Below are positions 9,742 through 22,100 of a DNA stretch of 64,000 nt, in pieces. A program made the translations under genes and the position numbers. Every line of letters begins with the position of its first letter. Within the stretch, counting starts at the first letter, position 1. A model generated the notes under the pieces. It was given only the letters and a program-made list of their open reading frames with translations, had not been told where the DNA came from and searched no databases. The stretch comes from Candidatus Dormiibacterota bacterium (GTDB lineage Bacteria; Chloroflexota; Dormibacteria; Aeolococcales; Aeolococcaceae), in NCBI GenBank assembly GCA_035938875.1, contig DASZGL010000023.1, positions 19,075 through 83,074 on the forward strand, written 5' to 3'.

Positions 9742-10032
9742 TCAGACCCGGGCGAGGGTCGCCTGCAGGCCGAAGGCATGCAGCTTGGCGACCGAGATCT
9801 CCGCCTGCTCGCGCGGCTGCGTGGCGACCACCGCCTTGCCCTCGTTGTGGACCTGGAGCATCAGCGTCGTCGCTGTCTCCAGGTCGTGGCCGAAGAGGCG
9901 GCGGAATACCAGAACGACGTAGGACATCAGGGTGACCGGGTCGTTCCAGACGACGACGTTCCAGGGAACGTCTCTGGTCGGGCGCTCGGAGCGGACCGGC
10001 GTCCGCTGCTTGACAGGCGCCTCTGCTGCCAT
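9742..10032 (-). CDS. clpS: ATP-dependent Clp protease adaptor ClpS
   Basis: 96 aa. [42 protein letters not shown] is the ClpS core. Confidence 0.92.
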   Translation of the reverse strand: MAAEAPVKQRTPVRSERPTRDVPWNVVVWNDPVTLMSYVVLVFRRLFGHDLETATTLMLQVHNEGKAVVATQPREQAEISVAKLHAFGLQATLARV

Positions 10033-10088
10033 TCCCCAAGGGTAGCCGAGAGCCCCTCGGCACGTCCCCGCAGCCTGTCCTCGCCGGA

Positions 10089-10201
10089 CGCTTCCCCCTC
10101 CGGGGCGTCGCGGGCTCCCTTCCTCCCGGGGCTACCACCCAGAAACCGTCCCCCTTCCCCTCGGGGCGAGCCCCCTGTTGCGCTCCCTCCCCCTCGGGGC
10201 G
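10089..10201 (-). repeat. four copies of a ~20-nt G-rich motif (minus strand CGCCCCGRGGGGRAGGGAGC) in the clpS 5' region
   Basis: Plus-strand copies at 10089-10107, 10114-10133, 10148-10168 and 10181-10201. Each contains a CCCC(N1-2)GGGG mini-palindrome. A GCCGAG/CTCGGC hairpin sits at 10045-10061. Confidence 0.7.
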
Positions 10202-10202
10202 C

Positions 10203-10421
10203 CTACGACGCGGTCGGGGCCTCGCTCGGCGACGACAGGTCGATGGTGCCGCTCCACGCCGCCGAGAAGGCGGTCGGCACGGTTGCGTTCTGGGACTCGA
10301 GCACCGCGCGCAGCGGCAGCTCGCAGTCGTGACACACGATCCAGATCGAGCCGGGCTCGGCGATCGTCCTCTCCAGGCGATGCCGCCTCCCGCACTCCTC
10401 GCAAGTGATGGTGATACGCAT
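10203..10421 (-). CDS. small zinc-ribbon protein (72 aa), function unknown
   Basis: The ATG follows GAGGAAGGA. Two CxxC pairs are present (TCEEC .. VCHDC). GC3 is high. Confidence 0.65.
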   Translation of the reverse strand: MRITITCEECGRRHRLERTIAEPGSIWIVCHDCELPLRAVLESQNATVPTAFSAAWSGTIDLSSPSEAPTAS

Positions 10422-10618
10422 CTGGGCCGTCCTTCCTCGCTGAGTCCCGTGCCGCCTCGCCGTTGTGGCGTCGACGGCGACGAGCGTGCCATGACACCGG
10501 ACAAGAAGCGACCATCACGAGTTCAGATTTGTAAAGAGTGCGCGGCGAATCGGAAAAAAGGCCCGCCGCGGGTGGCGTGCGACGAGTTCGAGGGGCGTCT
10601 CTGTGAACTCGGACGTGG

Positions 10619-10627
10619 TGCTACACT
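10619..10627 (+). promoter_or_regulatory. candidate extended -10 (TGCTACACT) for rpsA
   Basis: TGn+TACACT lies about 170 nt upstream of the rpsA start. No good -35 is present. Confidence 0.3.
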
Positions 10628-10794
10628 CCGGCGGCCGCGCAGGCACGGCGATCGCGCCGTTCATCGCTCAGCGCGCGGCTTGTCCGCGGACCGCGCTCCG
10701 CACACTCCGGCCGGCGTCACCCGTATCGGGAGGTAGCAGGCAGAGGCACACAAGGAGAGACTTGGCCCCGACGACCGAGCAAGAGATCACCACC

Positions 10795-12078
10795 ATGGAG
10801 GAGCTCCTGGCCTCCCAGGGGCACAGCATCCGCGCCCTGTCGCACGGCGACATCGTCGACGGGACCGTGGTCCGCGTCGATCCGGACGAGGTCCTGGTGG
10901 ACATCGGAGCCAAGTCGGAGGGGATCATCTCCAACCGGGAGCTCACCGCCCGCGGTGAGGCCCCGATGGTGCTCAACCCCGGTGACGAGGTCAAGGTCTA
11001 CGTCATCGAGCCCGAGAACGAGCAGGGCAACGTCGTCCTCTCGCTGCGCAAGGCACGTGCCGAGGGCATCTGGCAGAAGGCCGCCGAGAAGGAGGCCGAG
11101 GGCGAGATCATCGACGCCGAGGTCCGCGAACAGAACAAGGGCGGACTGATCGTCAACATCATGGGGTTGCGCGGCTTTCTGCCCTCGTCGCAGGTGGCCC
11201 GCCAGTTCAGCGGCAACCTCATGGAGCTGGTCGGCACCAAGATCGCCGTCAAGATCCTCGAGGTCAACCGCAAGCGCAACCGCCTCATCGTCTCCCAGCG
11301 CGCCGCCCAGGATGAGGACCGCGCCCGGCAGCGCGAGGAGCTCTTCGAGAAGCTCCAGGTCGGCGACGTGGTCACGGGCAAGGTGAGCGGTCTCACCTCG
11401 TACGGCGCCTTCGTCAATCTCGGTGGCGCCGACGGCCTCATCCACATCAGCGAGCTCAGCTGGGACCGGATCAACAACGTCAGTGACATGCTCGCCGTCG
11501 GTGACGAGGTCAAGGTCAAGGTGATCAAGCTCGACCCCGAGTTGAGCCGGATCAGCCTCAGCCTGCGGCAGATGTCCGACGACCCCTGGGACACCATCGA
11601 GGACCGCTTCCCGCCGGGCAAGCCGGTGGAGGGCGAGGTCACCAAGACCAAGAAGTACGGCGCCTTCCTGCAGATCGCCGACGGCGTCGAGGGCCTGCTC
11701 CACATCAGCGAGCTGAGCTGGGATCACGTGGAACGCACCGAGGACGTCCTCAAGGTGGGCGACAAGGTCCAGGTGATGGTGCTCAATGCCGACAAGGTGC
11801 GCCGGCGCATCAGTCTCAGCCTCCGCCAGCTCCACGGCCAGGGGCCCGCGGGCGCCCAGGGTGAGGAGTTCTACCCCGGCGCCGACTACGAGCCCGAGCT
11901 CGACGGCCGCGGCGGCGTCACCGGGCTGCCCCGCGAGGTTGACGAGGCCGACGACACCGAGGCTGAGCCGGAGAATGAGGCTGAGCCTGAGGCTGAAACT
12001 GCGTCCGCAGCTCCCCGCCGCCGCGTCCGCGCCGCCGCCTCCGCCGACGTCGACGAAGACGTGGACGCCGAGGAGTAA
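10795..12078 (+). CDS. rpsA: 30S ribosomal protein S1
   Basis: Four S1 domains (GDIVDGTVVRV, GEIIDAEVRE, GDVVTGKVSG, GKPVEGEVTK) and an acidic tail. ATG at 10795; an alternative in-frame TTG is at 10762, just after AAGGAGAG. Confidence 0.92.
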   Translation: MEELLASQGHSIRALSHGDIVDGTVVRVDPDEVLVDIGAKSEGIISNRELTARGEAPMVLNPGDEVKVYVIEPENEQGNVVLSLRKARAEGIWQKAAEKEAEGEIIDAEVREQNKGGLIVNIMGLRGFLPSSQVARQFSGNLMELVGTKIAVKILEVNRKRNRLIVSQRAAQDEDRARQREELFEKLQVGDVVTGKVSGLTSYGAFVNLGGADGLIHISELSWDRINNVSDMLAVGDEVKVKVIKLDPELSRISLSLRQMSDDPWDTIEDRFPPGKPVEGEVTKTKKYGAFLQIADGVEGLLHISELSWDHVERTEDVLKVGDKVQVMVLNADKVRRRISLSLRQLHGQGPAGAQGEEFYPGADYEPELDGRGGVTGLPREVDEADDTEAEPENEAEPEAETASAAPRRRVRAAASADVDEDVDAEE

Positions 12079-12167
12079 GCGCCCGCGGCGTCACCGTCCC
12101 GGCCGGGCCACCACCCGGCGCTCGTCCTCGACCACGGTAACGGGCTGTGGACAACTGAAGCCATAAA

Positions 12168-12198
12168 TTGCTTCGGTGAGCGATCTCGTGGGCATAAT
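12168..12198 (+). promoter_or_regulatory. candidate sigma-70-type promoter for clpC (TTGCTT-19 nt-CATAAT)
   Basis: An AT-rich patch in a GC-rich spacer, about 70 nt upstream of the clpC start. Confidence 0.3.
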
Positions 12199-12266
12199 GA
12201 GTTCGGTCGCCGGGCCGGCCGGGGCGCTCCCGGATGTCGCGGTGCGGGACCGCTGGAGACTGCCAC

Positions 12267-14783
<2,517 letters not shown>

Positions 14784-14850
14784 CCCGTGCACCCCGTCCA
14801 ACCGCTGGGCGGGGGCAACGCGTGCGCCAGGTGGCCGCGGGGTTGAGTCG

Positions 14851-15378
14851 TTGATCGACCTTCCCCCGGACCTCGCTCTGCTGGTGGAGACCTCGCGACT
14901 GCGTCTCATCCCGCTAGCCATCGACGGCGCGGAGGACCTATTCCCGGTGCTCAACGACGAGCGGCTCCACGAGTTCACCGGCGAGGGTCACAAGACAGCG
15001 GACGAGTTCGAGGAGTGGATCGAGCTCGGCCGCCGGCGGCGATCGGTCGACGGATCGGCGGTGTTCCTCACCTGGGTGATCCGGCTGGTGCCCTCGGAGC
15101 AGCCGCTCGGCTACTGCCAGGCGACCATCCACGACGACGCCAGTGCCGACGTGCACATCGTCGTCGGCACCCACTATGCGGGCCACGGTGTCGCCACCGA
15201 GGCGGTCGACGGCATGGTGCGGGCCCTGCGCGGCCCGCTCGGCGTCGGCGAGCTGCGTGTCCACATCCACCCCGAGAATCACGTCGCACAGCAGCTCTTC
15301 GCGCGCGCCGGACTGCACTGCAGCGGCATGGTCGATCCCGTTGGCGACGAGGTGTGGTTCAGCCCGCGACCCGACTAG
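14851..15378 (+). CDS. GNAT family N-acetyltransferase (RimJ/RimL-like)
   Basis: 175 aa, TTG start. TSRLRLIPL..LHEFTG and HYAGHGVATEAV are typical of Acetyltransf_3. Confidence 0.7.
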   Translation: MIDLPPDLALLVETSRLRLIPLAIDGAEDLFPVLNDERLHEFTGEGHKTADEFEEWIELGRRRRSVDGSAVFLTWVIRLVPSEQPLGYCQATIHDDASADVHIVVGTHYAGHGVATEAVDGMVRALRGPLGVGELRVHIHPENHVAQQLFARAGLHCSGMVDPVGDEVWFSPRPD

Positions 15379-15440
15379 CACCCTGCTCGTGCCGGGGTCG
15401 CCGTTAGTCCCCAGCGACCAGCGGGTACGCTATTCAGACC

Positions 15441-18371
15441 TTGCCCCACGACAGCATCGACATCCACGGCGCGCGCGAGCACAACCTCAAGTCCATCGAC
15501 CTCAGCCTGCCCCGCGACAAGCTCATCGTCATCACCGGGCTGTCGGGAAGCGGCAAGTCGAGCCTGGCCTTCGACACCATCTATGCCGAGGGTCAGCGTC
15601 GCTACGTCGAGTCACTGAGCGCATACGCACGGCAGTTCCTCGGCCAGATGGAGAAGCCCGACGTCGACCACATCGACGGTCTCTCCCCGGCGATCTCCAT
15701 CGACCAGAAGGGCACCAGCAAGAACCCGCGCTCGACGGTGGGCACGGTGACCGAGATCTATGACTACCTGCGCCTGCTGTACGCGCGCATTGGCCATCCC
15801 CACTGCCCCAACTGCGGACGCGAGATCAGCAAACAGAGCATCGAGCAGATCGCCGACCAGGTGCTCACCCTGCCCGATGGCACGAGACTGATGATCACCG
15901 CGCCCATGGTGCAGGGACGCAAGGGCGAGCACCGCGACGTGTTCGACGAGGCGCGACGCGGCGGCTACGTGCGCGCTCGCGTCGATGGCGAGCTGCGCGA
16001 CCTGTCCGACGCCATCGTCCTCGACAAGAAGTACAAGCACGACATCGAGATCGTCGTCGACAGGGTGGTCATCGGCCCCGACCTGCGCATGCGGCTCAGC
16101 GACTCGCTGGAGCAGGCGGCCAAGCTGGCCGGGGGGCTGATATTGATTGTTCCCGCCGACAAGCAGAAGGGACTCGAGGAGCAGCTCTACTCCCAGGACT
16201 ACGCGTGCGTCTACTGCGGCATCAGCATGGAGGAGCCGGCGCCGCGCAACTTCTCCTTCAATAGTCCTCACGGTGCCTGTGCAGCGTGCACGGGTCTGGG
16301 GCTGCGCATGGAGGTGGACGCCGACGCGGTGGTCCCCGACCCGTCGCTGAGCATCATGGGCGGGGCACTCAGCGGCTGGCTCAAGGGGCCGTCACAGCGC
16401 TGGCTGATGGACGTCGTCGAGGGGGTCGCGCGGAAGTTCAAGATCCCACTCGACGCGCCGTTCGAGGACCTGACCGCGCGCCAGCAGAAGTTGATCCTCT
16501 ACGGGCTGCCTCGCGACGAGACGGTGCGCTTGCGCTACGTGAGCCACCGCGGCACGGTTCGCACCTTCGAAGCGCACTACGAGGGCGTCATCCCCAACCT
16601 GGAACGCCGCTACCGCGAGACCGACTCCGACTGGGTGAAGCAGGAGATCGAGCGGCTGATGATGCAGCGGCCCTGCCCCGAGTGCGGCGGGCGCAGGCTC
16701 AAGCCGGAGTTCCTCGCCGTCACCGTCGACGGCATGAGCATCGCCGACTTCTGCGCGCAGAGCGTCGTTGGGGCCCTCGCCCGGGTCGACACGCTGCGGC
16801 TCACCGACCGCGAGTCACTGATCGCCCGCCAGGTGCTCAAGGAGATCCGCGAGCGTCTCAGCTTCCTCCACGATGTCGGCCTCGACTACCTCACCATCGA
16901 CCGAGCCGCCCAGACGCTGAGCGGCGGTGAGGCGCAGCGCATCCGTCTGGCCACGCAGATCGGCAGCAAGCTCATGGGCGTGCTCTACATCCTCGACGAG
17001 CCGTCGATCGGCCTGCATCAACGCGACAACCGCAAGCTGATCGCAACCCTTTGCGCGCTGCGCGACATCGGCAACACCCTGATCGTCGTCGAACACGACG
17101 AGGAGACCATCCGCGCCGCCGACTACGTGGTCGACATCGGGCCCGGCGCCGGTGAGGACGGCGGACGCGTCGTCGCCGCGGGCTCCCTCGACGACGTTCT
17201 GGCCACACCCGGCAGCATCACCGCCGCCTACCTCAACGGCGAACGGGCCATTCCCGTGCCACGGCGGCGTCGCGCCGGTCTCGGGACAGCGCTGACCGTC
17301 CGCGGCGCGCGGGAGAACAACCTCAAGAGCATCGACGTCAGCTTTCCGTTGGGAACCTTCACCTGCGTCGCCGGCGTCAGTGGCAGCGGCAAGAGCACGC
17401 TGGTCAACGACATCCTCTACCGGCGCCTCGCCCAGCACCTCTTCCGTGCCAAGGAGCGACCCGGCAAGCACAGCAAGCTCGAGGGGCTGGAGCACGTCGA
17501 CAAGGTGATCAGCGTCGACCAGTCGCCGATCGGGAGAACGCCGCGGAGCAACCCGGCGACCTACGTCGGAGTCTTCACCTTCATCCGCGAGCTCTACGCC
17601 ATGCTGCCCGAAGCGCGAGTCCGCGGCTACAAGCCGGGACGGTTCTCCTTCAATGTCACCGGCGGTCGCTGCGAGGCCTGCCAGGGTGACGGGATGATCA
17701 AGATCGAGATGCACTTCCTTCCCGACATCTACGTCGCCTGTGAGGTGTGCAAGGGCAGGCGCTACAACCGCGAGGCACTGGAGGTCAAGTTCCGCGGCAA
17801 GAGCATCGCCGACGTCCTCGACATGACCGTCGACGAGGCGGCGATTCTGTTCGAGAACCAACCACGAATCGCCCGCAAGCTGCACACGCTGAAGGATGTC
17901 GGGCTCGGCTATATCCGCCTTGGTCAGCCGGCGACGCAGCTGAGCGGAGGAGAGGCGCAACGGGTCAAGCTGAGCACCGAGCTGAGCCGTCGCGACACCG
18001 GACGCACCGTGTACATCCTCGACGAGCCGACCACCGGCCTGCACTTCGCCGACGTGGAGAAGCTGCTCGGCGTGCTCCACCGGCTCGTCGACCAGGGCAA
18101 CACCGTGATCGTCATCGAGCACAACCTCGATGTCATCAAGACCGCCGACCGCATCATCGATCTCGGCCCGGATGGTGGAGACCGCGGCGGCGAGGTGATC
18201 GCATCGGGTACGCCCGAGGACGTCGCCGAGCAGGAGAGCAGCGCGACCGGCGCCTACCTCCGTCCCCTGCTCAGCCGGCGCCGCGCCGCTCCGCCGCCGG
18301 CACCGCTGCTGGCGACCAAGCCCGCCGGCCGTGGCCGGTCCAGGCGGCAGCCGACCGCGGCGGCGGTCTGA
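15441..18371 (+). CDS. uvrA: excinuclease ABC subunit A
   Basis: 976 aa. [14 protein letters not shown], two ABC modules ([18 protein letters not shown]; LSGGEAQR twice), and zinc-finger Cys clusters. Confidence 0.95.
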   Translation: MPHDSIDIHGAREHNLKSIDLSLPRDKLIVITGLSGSGKSSLAFDTIYAEGQRRYVESLSAYARQFLGQMEKPDVDHIDGLSPAISIDQKGTSKNPRSTVGTVTEIYDYLRLLYARIGHPHCPNCGREISKQSIEQIADQVLTLPDGTRLMITAPMVQGRKGEHRDVFDEARRGGYVRARVDGELRDLSDAIVLDKKYKHDIEIVVDRVVIGPDLRMRLSDSLEQAAKLAGGLILIVPADKQKGLEEQLYSQDYACVYCGISMEEPAPRNFSFNSPHGACAACTGLGLRMEVDADAVVPDPSLSIMGGALSGWLKGPSQRWLMDVVEGVARKFKIPLDAPFEDLTARQQKLILYGLPRDETVRLRYVSHRGTVRTFEAHYEGVIPNLERRYRETDSDWVKQEIERLMMQRPCPECGGRRLKPEFLAVTVDGMSIADFCAQSVVGALARVDTLRLTDRESLIARQVLKEIRERLSFLHDVGLDYLTIDRAAQTLSGGEAQRIRLATQIGSKLMGVLYILDEPSIGLHQRDNRKLIATLCALRDIGNTLIVVEHDEETIRAADYVVDIGPGAGEDGGRVVAAGSLDDVLATPGSITAAYLNGERAIPVPRRRRAGLGTALTVRGARENNLKSIDVSFPLGTFTCVAGVSGSGKSTLVNDILYRRLAQHLFRAKERPGKHSKLEGLEHVDKVISVDQSPIGRTPRSNPATYVGVFTFIRELYAMLPEARVRGYKPGRFSFNVTGGRCEACQGDGMIKIEMHFLPDIYVACEVCKGRRYNREALEVKFRGKSIADVLDMTVDEAAILFENQPRIARKLHTLKDVGLGYIRLGQPATQLSGGEAQRVKLSTELSRRDTGRTVYILDEPTTGLHFADVEKLLGVLHRLVDQGNTVIVIEHNLDVIKTADRIIDLGPDGGDRGGEVIASGTPEDVAEQESSATGAYLRPLLSRRRAAPPPAPLLATKPAGRGRSRRQPTAAAV

Positions 18372-18416
18372 CGCTCGACAGCCGAGCAGCGGCTCCGGTT
18401 TGCCGCGAAGGGGGCT

Positions 18417-18439
18417 GACCCCTCATCATGGAGGGGGTC
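18417..18439 (+). terminator. GC hairpin downstream of uvrA (GACCCCTC-atcatg-GAGGGGgTC); no U-tract
   Basis: An 8-bp stem with one bulge. The C-tract can alternatively pair with the upstream AGGGG (18409-18414). Confidence 0.25.
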
Positions 18440-18485
18440 TCATGGCGTCCGAAGGCGCCCCGTGCGTCCTCGCATCGAAGGGGTG

Positions 18486-18701
18486 ATGATGAACCTGACG
18501 CTGATTGCCGAGATCCTCGCCGGCGAAACCACGATCACGCCTGGCGGCGCTGTGGACAAGCTCACCGCCTGCGGCCTCGAGCCCTTCCTCTGGGAGAGGT
18601 GGGCTGTCGAGGTCCGGGACGGCACCGCGCCGCCGCCCGCTGTCGAGCTCCTCGGCAGCGCCCAGAACCCGGCCGATCTGGTCGAACCCGTCGCCCGATA
18701 G
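18486..18701 (+). CDS. hypothetical small protein (~71 aa)
   Basis: ATG-ATG follows GAAGGGG. GC3 is high. Sequence begins MMNLTLIAEILAGETTITPGGAVDKLTACGLEPFLWERW. No family recognised. Confidence 0.45.
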   Translation: MMNLTLIAEILAGETTITPGGAVDKLTACGLEPFLWERWAVEVRDGTAPPPAVELLGSAQNPADLVEPVAR

Positions 18702-18793
18702 CCGCTGGGCGGCCTGGGGCGTCTCAAGCCCGTGGCAGGGGGAGACCGCCAGATCGAAGCTTCGCGGGGATCGAGTGCGGTACCGTTTCGGCC

Positions 18794-19087
18794 ATGACTG
18801 CCGAGGGAGAGGAACGACGTACACGGCTGCGCCGTCTCGACGACTGTCTCAACATCCTCGAACAGGCCCACGAGCAAGACCTCACCATCGTCTCCGAGGC
18901 GCTCGCCGCGATGGTTGCCGCGCGGGTGCCGTCGATTCACGCCGGCATGACCATCGTCGACGCCATCGAGGAGGTCCTCCGCGAGCAGGAGCCGTACATG
19001 GTCCAGGTGCGTCCTGAGGTCGGCTCGCGCCGCGTGCGGCGGCGACGCGAGCCCTTCGACATCCGGCTGCTCCTCTCCAGGCGGTAG
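18794..19087 (+). CDS. hypothetical small protein (97 aa) with an Arg-rich C-terminus
   Basis: An internal ATG of ORF 18428..19087. GC3 is high. Sequence MTAEGEERRTRLRRLDDCLNILEQAHE..RRVRRRREPFDIRLLLSRR. No family recognised. Confidence 0.45.
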   Translation: MTAEGEERRTRLRRLDDCLNILEQAHEQDLTIVSEALAAMVAARVPSIHAGMTIVDAIEEVLREQEPYMVQVRPEVGSRRVRRRREPFDIRLLLSRR

Positions 19088-19156
19088 GCGCTCGGCGCCG
19101 CTCGGCGAGCGTCAGGGACGGGGGAGTCGCGTGGCGCCTGTACACTCGCGCTGCCC

Positions 19157-22100
19157 ATGAGCGACTTCGGCTTCGACCCTGCCGATCTCTTCCGGCGCCG
19201 ACCGCCAGGGCCGCCGCGGCGCGTCATCCGTAGCGGACCGCGGCTGGGTCGGGGACGGCGCATCCTGCTCATCGTCGTCGCCGTCATCGTCGCCGTGCTG
19301 CTCGTCGCCTACTCGCTGATGGGGCTGCGCGTTCAGCTTCTCTTCCTCGACAACCTGGGCCACAGCAACGTCTTCTGGACTCCCCTGGTCACCCAGATCC
19401 TCCTCTTTGTCATCGGTCTGCTCATCACCGGTGGATTGGTTGCGCTCAACATCGTCGGCTGGGTGCGCATCGCCGGCAATCTGGACCGAACCGGCCCGCA
19501 GGTGGCGTTGTGGTCGGGCATCGCGCTGGCGGCGTTCGCCGGGCTCATCGGCGGCGCCTACTTTGCGTCGCAGTGGCAGGGCGTGCTGCTCTTCCTGCAC
19601 GGCCATTCCTTCGGACAGAGCGATCCGGTCTTCAACCAGGACTACTCGTTCTTCCTCTTCAACCTGCCCTTCTACGACATGCTCCAGGGGCTTGCCTGGG
19701 GCGGGGTCATCGTCGGTCTGCTGGTCACCATCGGACTTGGCGCGCTGTGCCTCTTCATCGAGTACGCACCTGAGGATGTGCCCATCCCATTCAAGCCACC
19801 GCTGGGGCGCACGCCTCGCGATGGGCTCCGTCTGGCGGCGTTCCAGGGAGGGATCCTGCTCGTCGCCGTCTTCATCCTCGCCAGTCTGGGTTCGCATTTC
19901 GGCGTCTATCACCTCGCCACCTCGCAGCACACCAACTTCGTCGGTCTCGACGCGACACAGCGCGACGTGGTCAAGCCGATCCTCGGCATCCTCCAGTACA
20001 TCGCCCTGGTGTTCGCCGTGGCGACCGCGGTGGTGATCGTCCGCAGGCGCAGGTCCGATGCCGTGGTCACCTCGATCACCCTTGGCGGACTCCTCGGCGG
20101 CTGGTTGTTGCTCGCCGGACTCCTCCAGGGCGTGCCCGCGGCCATCTACTCGGCGACCAAGGTCAACCCCAACGCCCAGACGCTGCAGATTCCGCCGATC
20201 AGCGACTACCTGACGACCAGCCGCTACGCGTGGGCGCTCGAACAGGGCAGTGGCGGCAACGTCGACGTCACTCGATTCGGCAATCCCCCGGGGAGCCGGC
20301 CGTCGACTCCGACGGTCACCGACCTGACCGCGGACCTGGGAACGCTGAAGAACACCCGCATCCAGGACTATCGCGTCCTGCCCGAGACGTTCGCCCAGAT
20401 CGATCGCACGCGCAGCTACCAGACGTACCCGAGCATCACCGTGGATCGCTACATGGGTCCGGACGGGACCGAAACCGAGGTGATGCTCGCCCCCAGGGAG
20501 ATCGCCGAGGCCGACATTCCCTCCCAGGGATTCGTCAACAAGGCGTTCCAGTACACCCACGGGTACGGAATCACCGCGGCGTCGGTCAACCGCGTCGGCA
20601 ACGAGGGTAAGCCGGATCTGCTTGCCGGCAACCAGCCCATGCGCCTCATCGCTCCCGACGCCCCGCCCGGGCTGATGGTGAGCGACCCTCGCGTCTACTG
20701 CGGGCTCAGCACCACGCAGCCGGTCGTGGTCAACACCAGCACTCCAGAATTCGACTACCTTGTCGGAAACAGCGAGGTCAGCAACCGCTACGGCAATGCC
20801 CCCGGCGGGCTTGCAGTGCCGGGTGGCTTCGATCGTCTGGCGCTGTCGCTCAACGCCTTCAGCGGGTTCGACCTGTTCCTCACGGGCTCGCTGCAGCCGG
20901 ACAGCCGCATCCTCCTGCACCGCGAGATCAAGGACCGGATCGCCCAGCTGGCGCCCTTCCTGCGCGTCGACGGCGACCCCTACCTGGTGGCCGACTCGCA
21001 GAGCGGGCACCTGGTCTGGATCGCGGACGCCTACGTGGTCAGCGACCTCTTCCCCGAGTCGTATCGCCAGAGCGATGGGACGTCGTACATGCGCAACGCG
21101 GTCAAGGTGACCATCGACGCGCGCACCTGTGAGACGACGCTCTACGCCGTGGATGTCAACGAGCCGCTGACCGCGACCTACAACGACATCTATCCCGGTC
21201 TGCTGACTCCGCTCGACAAAATCCCCGCGTCGCTCCGAGCCCACCTGCGCTACCCGGAGGACCTGTTCCAGGCGCAGGCACGCGTGTACACGGCGGCGCA
21301 CATCGACCCCAAGAACGCCATCGCACTGTTCAACGGCGGCGACCTCTACCGCATCGCCCAGGAGACCATCAGCGGCCAGACCAAGGACACCCAGGCGTAC
21401 TACGTCGAGCTCACTCTGCCCGGCGAGTCGCAGCCCCACTTCGTGCTGCTGCAGACGCTCTCGCCCGCGCAGAGCAGCGGCGGGGGAGGGGCCAGCAACG
21501 TCATGACCGCGTTGCTGGTGGCGCGATGCGACTACACCACCAACAACCATCCCAAGCTGGTCGAGATCCCGCTCAACTCCGGCGACAACATCCTCGGTCC
21601 CCTGCAGTTCGACAACAACCTCAACACCGACAAGGACATCAGCAGCGAGATCACGCTGCTGGGCCAGAGCGGCTCCCAGGTGGTGCTGGGCAACGTCATC
21701 GTCCTGCCCTTCAACAACCGTTCCTTCCTCTACGTGAGGCCGCTGTACGTGCAGGCATCCAACGGCAGCTTCCCCCAGCTGCGCGAGGTGCTGGTGGGCA
21801 CGCAGGATCACGTCGCCAAGGGACCGTCGCTGGCGGAGGCGTTGACGAGCCTGTTCGGTCAGCCCATCCCCGGTCTGGGCCAGACGGGACCGTCACCCGG
21901 CGTCTCGCCGTCGCCGGGGGCATCGCCGTCGCCGGGGGCGTCGCCGTCGCCGTCGCCGGGCGGGACCACGACCCTGTCACCCCAGGTGCTCAACCTGGTC
22001 CAGGACCTGCTCAAGCACGAGGCGGCGGCGCAGGTCGCCTTCCAGCAGGGCAACTCCGACACCTATGCCCGGGAGCAGGCGGCCATCCAGAAGGATGTCA

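Noticed and set aside
10329-10736. 135-aa plus-strand ORF with CKEC..C..C in the rpsA upstream region (possible Zn-finger micro-protein)
   Set aside because: Third-codon positions are A/T-rich (aca, cga, cca, tca, gtt, att, tgt, aaa, aat), unlike every confident gene here. There is no SD. It overlaps the likely promoter and leader of rpsA and the start of the Zn-ribbon gene.
21889-21963. Short tandem repeats considered as a possible CRISPR-like or minisatellite array
   Set aside because: The units are contiguous with no spacers, in frame, and encode a Pro/Ser linker within the UPF0182 CDS. No cas genes are present.
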